Below are positions 11,421 through 22,637 of a stretch of DNA of 64,000 nucleotides, in pieces (position 1 is the stretch's first letter; each line of letters opens with the position of its first letter). The stretch is taken from assembly GCF_963921235.1 (NCBI RefSeq), contig NC_086124.1, positions 24,118,001 through 24,182,000 on the forward strand, in the 5' to 3' direction. The position numbers and the translations under genes are program-made. This stretch comes from Mobula hypostoma. Lineage: Eukaryota. The notes below the pieces were generated by a model. It saw nothing but the letters and a program-made list of their open reading frames with translations, was not told the origin of the DNA and made no database searches.

Positions 11421-12929
11421 TGTACTCTTAAATATTTATCACTAAATAAACAATAAACCTACACTTAACAATAATCAACCAATTTACCAATTTCGAAGTG
11501 GAAGAAAGATGGCAAGCCACACTATATATTACATAAATTTCCAGTTCCATCCTCCATAAATTTGCATATTTTAAATTCTGTGCATTCTTTGGGGAGATGA
11601 GGAACTTAACTCAGCTTTGGGGAAGTTTCACATGGGAGGTCTCGTGTTGGCTCTGTGCCCAAGACACAAAATTATATTCTGCAGCACACTGAAATGCACT
11701 GAACCTGACCTGGGGGATTTCTCAAGATAGTGTTCCTTTGTTCAACCAGGAAGTAGTCTCATTTAAATATCCTTACAACCAACTAGTCTGGATTATCCAC
11801 ATAACAATAATTTTTTGAGCGGAGAGCGGCAGTTAACTCAATAAAATCTGGTTTTTTTTCTATCATATGTCCCTTGTTCAAGGTTCAAAGTAGATGTATT
11901 ATTAAAGTACATATATGTCACCATATAGAACTCTGAGATTCATTTCCTTGTGGACATACGTACATAGTAAATCCAATGTGTCACCAGTGTTCCGGATTCT
12001 TCTCTGAGAACCCATGAGTCCAAAATTTAAGTGTAGAAAAGTAGCATCACATACTTATGTCCATTTGGGAGGGTAACCCCCAAAAGTTTATAAAACTGGA
12101 AAAATGGGAGCCCTATAAGGGTCTTGGCCCAAAACATCAACTCTTATTACTGTAGCCCCTGAGTTCTTCTGGCATTTTGTGTGTGTTACTCAAAAGTGGA
12201 AAATACTGGATTTTCCTCTGGCCAGGCTAAGGATTCAGTGTGACTCTGGTCTGACGTCCTGGGTAAAACACTAAGCAGAGAAAAGATTATGAGATGACTC
12301 ATGCATGAATATTATGAATAACAGGAAGGGTAAATGCAACAGATTTAAATAAAGTAGGAGGAACGTCTACTGAACTTCATTTGGAAGAGCCTTTCTGCCC
12401 CAGTGTTTCATGTGGTTTGGACTGGGTATTTCAAAGTTCAGATTTCAAAGTAAAGCTCACTATCAGAGTACACACGTCACCGTATACAACCCTGAGATTC
12501 TTTATCTGTGGGCATACTTCACTCTAACAGTCGTGAGCATACGGTGAGCTCGGATGCCAATTTCACTAGACTGCAGCTTGCAAGCATTTAGTGCGGGCGG
12601 GGCGCTCGAAAATGTGCAGCCCGTAGCATATGCTAGTTTTGCTACTAGGTTAGTCCGGCCCTTTGTGCACTCTCTCGTTGGAAACTCTCCTGAACAAATT
12701 TGACAAACTCTATCCCATCTCATCCTTTTACAGTATGGGAGTCCCAGTCAATATGTGCAAAGTTAAAACTATCTATATTATGTTTCTTGCAATAGCCTGT
12801 GACCTCTCTACAGATTTGTTCCTCTGCATCCCTCGGACTGTTGGGTGGTCTGTAATATAGTCCCATTATCGTGGTCAGACCTTTCTCATTTCTCAGTTCC
12901 ACCCACAACACCTCACCAGATGAGTTCTC

Positions 12930-13229
12930 CAGTGAAGCCAATCCCGAGACCGGCGAGTCGGCACCTGTCAGAGACTGCGCGTGCGCTCGTCATCCGGCCG
13001 CCCGCCGCTGATTGGCTGCCGCGGCTTCCCGCCAGAGACCCCCCCCGCCCTCTCTCCGGCGCGTGACTCCGCCGGCGGCCGGGCTGCTCCCTCGCTCTAT
13101 TCGGCGTTGAGGAGCGGAGGAGCGGGGCTGGGACTGGGGCTGGGGCGGTACGTTGGGCGGGGAGGTCGCCTCCTCCTGCCTCCTGCATCTTATCTCCAGC
13201 CGCTCTTTGCTTTTGGCACAGTCGCAACC
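12930..13229 (+). promoter_or_regulatory. CpG-island promoter, copy 1
   Basis: gccaat (~12937), CGTCA 12988-12992, CTGATTGGCT 13008-13017, NRF1-like tgcgcgtgcgc and GC boxes. Confidence 0.65.
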
Positions 13230-13305
13230 ATGGGTCGATATTGCACTGCCTGGGCGCTCCTCCTGCTCCTCGTCGCTCGTTCGGGGACCCACAGCTCGGC
13301 GGCCG
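13230..13305 (+). CDS. Signal-peptide exon, copy 1
   Basis: gcaaccATGG Kozak; MGRYCTAWALLLLLVARSGTHSSAA+G; phase-1 donor GTGAGT at 13306. Confidence 0.7.
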
Positions 13306-14622
13306 GTGAGTTGATTTCTGTCGCGGGGATCACCCTTCTTGCTGCAGACTGTGGGATCTTGTGGAGTTTACCGGACTTTTCTACCTTCTTCCCAATGGGA
13401 GGGGTGTGTGGCATCTCCAAGGGGCATAAATTCGGTGAAGGCAGATAGCCCTTTTTTCCAGTATAGGGGATTCAAGAACTAGAGGACAAAAGTTTAGCTA
13501 AGAGGGGAGAAATAGGAACCTGAGGGACTACTTTTCCACAGAAAATGTGGTTCATATTTGGAACCAGCTGCCAGAGTTTGGGATGGAATGGTTGAGGTAG
13601 GTATATTGACAATGTTGAAAATACGTCTGGACAGCTACATAGGCATAAGACACGGGAGCAGAATTAGGTCATTCAGTCCATCGAGACTGTTCCACCATCT
13701 ATTATTAGCTCTGTTATTTTCTGAACCCCATTCTCCTGTTTCCTCCCATAACATTTGATGCCCTTTCTGATGAAGAATCTATCAATCTCTGCTTTAAATA
13801 TACCCAATGACTATGCCACCACATCCAACTGTGGCAATGCATTCCATCAGCTGCAACATGTTCCAGCAAAAGAAACTTCTCCTCACCTCTGACTTAAAGC
13901 CTCCTATTCTGAGGTTGTGACCCCTGGTGCTATTGGAAACTCTCTCTCCACGGCCACTCTATCCTGCCCTTTCGATATTCCATAGGTTTCAATGAGAATC
14001 CCCACCCCAATCGTTCTTCTAAGCTCCAGGCCAAGAGCCATCAAATGCTACATGGATGGGAAAGGTTAACGGGGAGATGGAGCAAACATTACAAATTGGA
14101 TTAGCTTAGATGGAAACCTGGGTCAGCACAGACCAGTTGGGCAGAAGAACCTGTTGTCATACTGTATGACTCTATAATATTCTGAAAGATGAGGAAGGGA
14201 GAAGACAAGTTAGGTCTTCAGTGAAGCTTGGGACAAGCAGTTCGGTCATTTTGGGAGAGGCCGCTGTGAGAGTGGGTCCTTGTGTAGGCTTCAGCATGAA
14301 GAAGCTTAGTGCATGGCCCAGGTTCTTGGTGCGAGGGCAGGAACTTTAGAAAGAGAAGTCTCATTGATTGACCAATTGCAGGACGGAACAAAATAAATTA
14401 TTCCAAAACACTCAGCAAGTGAAATACATAACACAGTTGTTAAAAACAAGACCCTAAATAGTAGAGTGGCAATGTATGCATTTTGCTCTGGAAACACTGA
14501 CGTCATTTTGTTGTAGAATTGGATCTATTTTCTCAGACTTAAGTGCAGGACAAAATAAATGATTCCAAAGCACTCAACACTAACTTAGCTGATATGGTAG
14601 TTTTCTTATACAATGGGATCTT

Positions 14623-14925
14623 CAATGGCCACTTTATTAGGTACACCTGTTCATCTGCTTGTTAATGCATATATCTAATCAGCCAATCATGTGGCAGCAA
14701 CTCAGTGCCTAAAAGCATGCAGACATGGTCAAGAGGTTCAGTTGTTGTTCAGATCAAATATCAGAGTGGGGGAAGAAAAGTGATCTAAGTGGCTGTGACC
14801 CTGGAATGATTGTTCGTACCAGATGGGGTGGTTGAGTATTTCAGAAACTGCTGAGAGGTCAGAAAAGAATGGTTCAAACTGACAGGAAGGTAATAGTAAC
14901 TCAAATAACCATGTGTTACAAAGGT
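14623..14925 (+). mobile_element. Tc1/mariner remnant
   Basis: tggccactttattaggtacacctg TIR; homologous to the 10844 copy. Confidence 0.75.
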
Positions 14926-15807
14926 GATTGTCAGTGAAAGTGAAGGATAATCCAAAGAGCTTATACAGGTATATTAAGAGTAGAAGAATCGTCAGGGATA
15001 AAATTGGTCATCTTAAAGATCAGAGTGGTCGCCTATGTGCGGAACCAAAAGAAATGGAGAACTTAAATGGGTTTTTCCATCTGTATTTACTAAGGAAACT
15101 GGCATGAAGTCTATGGAATTAAGAGAAACAAGTAGTGAGATCATGAAAACTGTACAGATTGAAAAGGAGGAGGTGATTGCTCTCTTGAGGCAAATTAAAG
15201 TGGATAAATCCCCAGGACCTGACAGGGTATTCCCTCGGACCTTGAAGGAGACTAGTGTTGAAATTGCAGGGGCCCTGGCAGATGTATTTAAAATGTTGGT
15301 GTCTACGGGTGAGGTGCCAGAGGATTGGAGAGTGGCTCATGTTGTTACATTGTTTAAAAAAGGATCGAAAATTAGTCCAGGAAATTATAGGCCAGTAAAT
15401 TTGACGTTGGTAGTGGGTAAGTTATTGGAGGGAGTACTAAGAGACAGAATCTACAAGTATTTGGATAGACAGGGACTTATTTAGGGAGAGTCAACATGGC
15501 TTTGTGCATGGTAGGTCATGTTTGACCAATCTGTTGGAGTTTTTTGAGGAGGTTACCAGGAAAGTGGATGAAGGGAAGGCAGTGGATGGTGTCTACATGA
15601 ACTTCAGTAAGGCCTTTGACAAGGTCCCGCATGGGAGGTTAGTTAGGAAAATTCAGTCGCTAGGTATACATGGAGAGGTGGTAAATTGGATTAGACATTG
15701 TCTCAATGGAAGAAGCCAAAGAATGGTAGTAGAGAATTGCTTCTCAGAGTGGAGGCCTGTGACTAGTGGAGTGCCACAGGGATCAGTGCTGGGTCCATTG
15801 TTGTTTG

Positions 15808-18800
15808 TGTCACGTACCCCGTAACTGGGTTGCCAAACCAGAAGAAATGGACCACTTAGTTGGAGTCTGGATTACTGGAACTAAGAAAGTTTTATTAAAG
15901 AAATAAGTAACACAGTACTCTAATCGTAAGGATATAAATGCAACAGGTTAGCAATGATAAAACACACATGTACACAGAACTAGGATAATAGGAATCAATC
16001 AAGCTCTATCGCAGTCTAGGGGTAAAATGATGAGTCTCAAGTGACGCAGAGCTCAGTTCAGCTTAGTACAGTTCGCAGTAATCGTTGTTGTGCCGTTGGA
16101 GAGAGAGAGCGAATGATGATATGCAAATCGAATTCAGACAGACCTTGATGTTCCTCCGCAGTTAGCTTTTGGGCGAGCCCTTTTTAATGTCTTCTGAGGT
16201 CACCGACTGTGACCCCTCCATTCCGGATACGATCGTTCTTCCGCGGTGAACCCGGCACCCAGACAAGGGCGGACACACACACCAGGTTCCCGCCGATCAT
16301 ACCTTTTCACCCTGTGCGTCTATGGTCAGACCTGCGACCAGACCTCCAAAACGTCCACCAACTTGTGGGGGCACAGCGCACTTCTAGGGTCTTGTGATCT
16401 CGTGGTGTCTGTCTTGCCTTAGCAAACCTGTTCCTTTTATCCCCCTGCTGGGGTATCGCCTGTCCATCAAACTTCAAACAGTTCAGGTTCAAAGCAACCC
16501 GTCTTACAATACTCGGAGCTGTGTCTCTTTTCGTTAATCTCTCTCGTCTCTCATTAACATTTCCGAGTGCTGCTCCATTGGCTCACTTATCACTTCATTA
16601 GCATCAATCTTCTGATAACTTGGTCTTTCGTCACATCCCTATCCTTCAAAGGATTTTTACCGGGGTAAAAATTATAGGCATGAATACATTATTAGATACA
16701 CACAAATATACATGGTCATCAATTATTTGGCTAATACAGAGAACTTTAAGTTGTCAACACCTTGACAGACAGTCAGCAATCACATTTTCCGTTCCTTTTA
16801 TATGTTTTATTTTTATATCAAATTCCTGTAGCACCAGGCTCCAATTTAGCAATCTTTTGTTTTTATTTTTCATAGTGGCCAAAAACACTAATTGGTTGTG
16901 ATCAGTGTAAATGACCAGTGGTTTCTGTGCCGGGCAAATATAAACCTCAAAATGTTGTAATGCTAGTATGATGGCCAGTAACTCTTTCTCCACAGTGGAA
17001 TAATTTTTCTGATGGATATTAAATTTCTTAGAAAAATAAGCGACTGGGTGATCAACCCCCTCCTTGTCTGTCTTCAACAGCACCGCCCCGGCTGCTTCGT
17101 CGCTAGCATCTGTTGCTAGGGAGAAGGGTTTTGAAAAGTCAGGCGCATTCAGCACAAGATAGTGACACAAAATCGCCTTAAGACTCTCGAAGGCTTGTTG
17201 ACAAAGTCGTCCCACACAAACTTCGCATTCTTTGGCAAGAGCTTAGTAAGAGGGAGGGTAATATCCACAAAGTTGTTGCAAAACTTCCTATAGTACCCCA
17301 CCATCCCCAAGAACCTTCTCAGGGCTCTCTTGTCTGTCGGGGTGGGGACTTCCGAGATAGCCCGCACCTTAGCCTGCATCGGAGCCAGCTGCCCCTGTCC
17401 TACCACAAATCTCAGATAAGTGACCTTCGCATGGCCGAACTCACTTTTTGCGAGGTTTACTGTCAGGTTGGCTTCGGACAGCCGTTTAAACAGCTCCTCT
17501 ACTGCCACAATGTGCTCCTCCCACGTGTCACTCCAGACCACTAAATCATCAATATAGGCTTCTGTGTTCCTTAATCCCTTTATCACTGAATTAATCATCC
17601 TCTGGAAGGTCCCTGGGGCATTTTTCATGCCAAAAGGTAAAACATTATACTCATATAACCCGGATGGAGTGACAAATGCTGAGATTTCTCTAGCCCGGTC
17701 GGTTAAAGGAACACACCAGTACCCTTTCAGCAAATTGATCTTTGTGATGTACTTAGCTCTCCCCACTTTATCGATTTTCTGTAATCTGTACAGAATCGGA
17801 TGCTCTCATCAACTTTTGGGACAACCACACAGGGGGACGCCCATTCCGACTTGGATGGCCTAATAATATCTGTGGCTAGCATGTGCTCAATTTCTTTCTC
17901 CACTAGCTTGCCCTTCTCCAAGTTCATCCTACAGGGGTGTTGTTTAATAGGCTGGTCTGAGGTGACAACAACATCATGCACCATCCCTTTGCATCGCCTC
18001 GGGACATCGGGACATACATCGGCGTGCCGGTTAATTAGCTTTATCAATGGCCCGCTCCATTCGGGGGTTAGGTGAGAGACCTTATCAGCCAAATTAGCCA
18101 GAACAATAGAGTTCTCCAGTCGGGTCAGGACCATATTTATTTTTTCAAGATGGGTTTTCCCCGTATCATTCGACACCCCAGTCTCATTAATTTTCGTGAT
18201 AACACCAACTAGGTCTGCTTTCTGATCGTGGTAAATTTTAACATGTTAATGTGTACCAACTGTGTGGGTTTACGCCTGTCCGGTGTTTTGATAACATAAT
18301 TCAAAGGGTCTATCTTCTTAATTACCTTGTACGGACCGTGGAATCTCGCCTGGAGGGGGTTCGTTACCACTGGGAACAGAACTAAGACCTGATCGCCCAC
18401 TTGGAACACTTGTTCGAGGGCATGCCTATCATACCATTGTTTCATTTTAGTTTGGGAGTGTCGCAGATTTTCTTTGGCAAGGTCACAGATCCTTTCAAGC
18501 TTCTCACGAAATTTTAAAACATAATCAATCATATTAACTTGGACTGCCAGACTGGACCATTGCTCTTTTAGTAAGGTCAGTGGTCCTCTGGGCCGATGAC
18601 CGAAGACGAGCTCGAATGGGCTGAACCCCAATGACTCTTGAACCGTGTCCCTCACAGCAAATAACAAGAGGGGCAAAGCATCATCCCAGCCCCTAGCGTT
18701 CTCTTGACAGTAAATTTTAATCATTGTCTTTAATGTGGCGTGGAATCGTTCCAACGCCCCTTGGGACTCTGGGTGGTATGCGGAGGCCAAAATCTGCTTT

Positions 18801-21800
18801 GCTCCCATCTCATCTAACATCCATCAGAATGTGTGAGATGTGAAGACACTCCCCTGATCTGACTGGATTTCCCTGGGCAGCCCCACCGTAGTGAAAAATT
18901 TCACAAGCGCCTTTACCACTGCGGGAGCCTTGATGCTTGCCAGGGGCACCACCTCCTGAAACCTGGTGGTGGCGCACATCATAGTCATCACATACTCTCG
19001 CCCACTCGCAGTTCTGGGCAGGGGACCGACAAAATCCACAATTATTCGGGAAAAAGGTTCCCCGAAAGCGGGTATCAGCTGAAGGGGCGCTTTTGGCAGG
19101 ACTTGATTTGGCTTTCCTACCACCTGGCATAAATGGCATCGCCTACAATATACAACAATATCTTTCCTCATGTTCGGCCAGTAAAACTCTTTCATGATTC
19201 TGCCGACTGTTTTCCTCACCCCAAAATGTCCACCGAGGGGTATCTTGTGGGCCAGGTTAAAAATCTGGCCCCTATAAATTTTTGGCACCACCACCTGGTG
19301 TACAACCCCCCATTCCTCATCTGCGGGCACGGTATGTGGTCTCCATTTCCTCATTAGTACTCACTCCTTTACATAATAGCCCACTGGCTCCCTTTTTAAT
19401 TCTGCTTCAGAGAGAGCTGTCTCTGCCAAAACCATCAGCTCCTCGTCTCGCTCCTGTGCCTGTACAAATTCCTTCCTTGCTAATGATAAATCTACCTCAA
19501 CGTCCATTTCACTATGCCCCTTCTAACCCCTTCTGGTACAAGGCTGGTAAAAACGTCTCTGCTAAATCTACATTTGCTTCGCCAGGCTTTCTGGACATGC
19601 GCTGAGTCACTGCGCAAACGGGATAAACCTGTGAGTCCATGGGTGGGGCCTCAATCCTGGCAGGCTGGCTAGTCAATCTTACTGCTGGGTACACTTCTCT
19701 TCCAGCGAGGTCATTACCGAGTAAGACCTCCACGTCTTCCATCGGTAGTTCGGGCCTCACCCCGATCGTGACCAGTCTGGAGACCAAGTCGCTTTTTAGG
19801 TGTATCTGGTGCAAAGGTACTGCTTCAGTCCCTTTCCCAATGCCTTTGCCTCCCCAGTCTCTGAAACACTCCTTAAGATCAGTGACTGACAAGCTCCCGT
19901 GTCTCTCCAGATCCGCACTGGAACTGGGTTTGACCCCTCCTTCACCGACACCAATCTTGCCGAAGTAAACTTCTCACACCTTTCCTGAACTTTATCAGAC
20001 CTCTTCTCCCCTAGTGGTTTGTTTGCCGGTTCAATACAGCCAGTCGGAGTCATTTTTCCTTTCCCCATCTCCTTCTTTGGGGCGAAGCACCTGGACGCAA
20101 AGTGACCGGCTTTCCCACAATTATAGCATACGACCCCAGGAGACTTCCTACCAAACTGCTTCCTGTCTACTTTATCCTTCTCACTAGTCCCCGGCTTATT
20201 TTCTGACTTTTCTGGCAGACTCTCTCCGCCGTCCTGACTACCCTTCTGGTAGCCTTTACTCGGGGTAAGCTTCGTTTTATGTGTCAACGCGTACTCATCC
20301 GCTAACTTAGCAGTTGTGGCTAAGGTGCCTGCCTCTTTCTCGTCTAGGTAGGGTCTCATACCTTCAGGGACACAACCTTTAAACTACTCAATCAGGATTA
20401 GCTGTAGCAGTCTGTCATAATCCCCAATGACCCCTTTCGAGGCGCACCAACGCTCACAATATGTCTGCATCTCACGGACAAACTCTAAATATGTGCGGCC
20501 CCATTGCTTCCTCGCATTCCGGAACCTCTGCCGGTATACCTCCGGGACCAACTCATAAATCCTGAGTATGGCCTCTTTCACCACATCATACCTCTGGGCA
20601 TCTTCTGCGGACAAGGCCAAGTAAGCTTGTTCGGCTTTTCCTTTAAGTACACTCTGAAGCAAAACAGCCCGCTTATCCCTCGGCCAGTCCTGACTTGCAG
20701 CAACTTTTTCAAAATGGAGAAAGTACCGATCAACATCGGTCTCCTCAAATGGGGGAACCAGCCTAACTTCCTGGGTCGCCCTGAACCCTCCACCTTGGTT
20801 CGGCATGGGCCCCTGCGCTGCCGTCATCTTTAACGTCTCCAGCTCAAATTCCCTTTCCTTCTGTTTCTCTCTCGCTTCTCGTTCTAACTGCTTGTCCCTC
20901 TCGCTCTTCTCTGTCTTATGTTTTACCCGGAACTTGTGCTCGAGTCTCAATTTTTCAGTCTGCAGCTGTACCGCTTCTGCACCAGGTTTTCCCATAGATA
21001 CCACCTCCAGCTCCCCTTGGGGAAACACACCTTTAGATACATAATGCTCTACGATAGCACTGTGCATCTCCGCTCTCCTCATTGTCGACTTCCCCTTAAA
21101 AAGATTCAGCTGTTGGGCCACAGCTGCCAATTCTGATTTCCTGGCATCCTCTAATGCCTCCAAGGTTGGTGCCTTTAGAAATTCCTCAATCTCTATTTCT
21201 GCTGTTTGCCCTTTCTTTCTTTAGGGAATTTTAACCCAATCAATTTACCCCGTCCCAAATTTAGCGTTCAAAATCGCGGACGAGAACCCCACTTATGTTA
21301 CGTACCCCATAACTGGGTTGCCAAACCAGCAGAAATGGACCACTTAGTTGGAGTCTGGATTACTGGAACTAAGAAAGTTTTATTGAAGAAATGAGTAACA
21401 CAGTACTCTAATCGTAAGGATATAAATGCAACGGGTTAGCAATGATAAAACACACATGTACACAGAACTAGGATAATAGGAATCAATCAAGCTCTATCAC
21501 AGTCTAGGGGTAAAATGATCAGTCTTAAGTGACGCAGAGTTCAGTTCAGCTTAGTACAGTTCGCAGTAATTGCTGTTGTGCCGTTGGAGAGAGAGAGAGC
21601 GAATGATGATATGCAAATCGAATTCAGACAGACCTTGATGTTCCTCCGCAGTTAGCTTTCAGGCAAGCCCTTATTAATGTCTTCTGAGGTCACCGACTGT
21701 GACCCCTCTGTTCTGGATACGATCGTTCTTCCGCGGTGAACCCGGCACCCAGGCAAGGGCGGACATACACACCAGGTTCCCGCTGATCGTACCCTTTCAC

Positions 21801-22134
21801 CCTATGCGTCTATGGTCGGTCCCGCGACCAGACCTCCAAAACTCCCACTAACTTGTGGGGGCACACCGCACTTCCAGGGTCTTGTTATCTCATGATCTCG
21901 TGGTGTCTGTCTTGCCTTAGCGAACCTGTTCCTTTTATCCCCCTGCTGGGGTATTGCCTGTCCATCAAACTTCAAACAGTTCAGGTTCAAAGCAACCCGT
22001 CTGACAATACTCAGAACTGTGTATCTTTTCGTTAATCTCTCTCGTCTCTCATTAACATTTCCGAATGCTGCTCCATTGTCTCACTTATCTCTCTCATTAG
22101 CATCAATCTTCTGATAACTTGGTCTTTTGTCACA
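15808..22134 (-). mobile_element. Gmr1-type Ty3/Gypsy LTR retrotransposon, full structure, frameshifted
   Basis: LTRs 15808-16635 and 21296-22134; TSD TTTG (15804-15807 / 22135-22138); PBS 21273-21291; PPT next to 16636; order gag(SCAN-like, CYNCGKAGHFASRC) - PR(RDTGA) - INT(GHFG..C..CHLC, DFVGP, SDQGS, ERFH) - RT(YIDD) - RNase H(TDAS). Confidence 0.95.
21273..21291 (-). other. Primer binding site, tRNA-Pro-like
   Basis: TGGGGTTCTCGTCCGCGAT versus the canonical tRNA-Pro PBS TGGGGGCTCGTCCGGGAT, 4 nt from the 5' LTR. Confidence 0.7.
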
Positions 22135-22637
22135 TTTGTCATCTATATCAATGATCCGGATGATAATGTGGTAAATTGGATCAGCAAATTTGCTGATGAT
22201 ACAAAGATTGGAGGTGTAGTGGACAGTGAGGAAGGTTTTCAAAGCTTGTAGAGGGACTTGGACCAACTGGAAAAATGGGCTGAAAAATAGCAAATGGGGT
22301 TTAATACAGAGAAATGTGAGGTATTGCACTTTGGAAGGACAAACCAAGGTAGAACATACAGGGTAAATAGTAAGGCACTGAGGAATGCAGTAGAACAGAG
22401 GGATCTGGGAATACAGATACAAAATTCCCTAAAAGTGGCGTCACAGGTAGATAGGGTTGTAAAGAGAGCTTTTGGTACATTGGCCTTTATTAATCAAAGT
22501 ATTGAGTATGAGAGTTGGAATGTTATGATGAGGTTGTATAAGGCATTGGTGAGGCCGAATCTGGAGTATTGTGTTCAGTTTTGGTCACCAAATTACAGGA
22601 AGGATATTAAGAAGGTTGAAAGAGTGCAGAGAAGGTT

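Larger units (their letters stand above)
12524..13367 (+). repeat. Segmental duplicate, copy 1 (copy 2 at ~32025-32875)
   Basis: Colinear high identity across hAT right end, CR1 remnant, GC-rich promoter and leader exon. Confidence 0.95.

Noticed and set aside
12960-13020. A canonical MHC S-X-Y module
   Set aside because: The X1-like motif does not abut X2 and no S box was found; kept only as a partial, speculative resemblance.
14200-14620. Possible alpha1 or other exon downstream of leader copy 1
   Set aside because: The best phase-1 acceptor gives a 42-codon frame ending in a stop, with no MHC or SRCR motifs.
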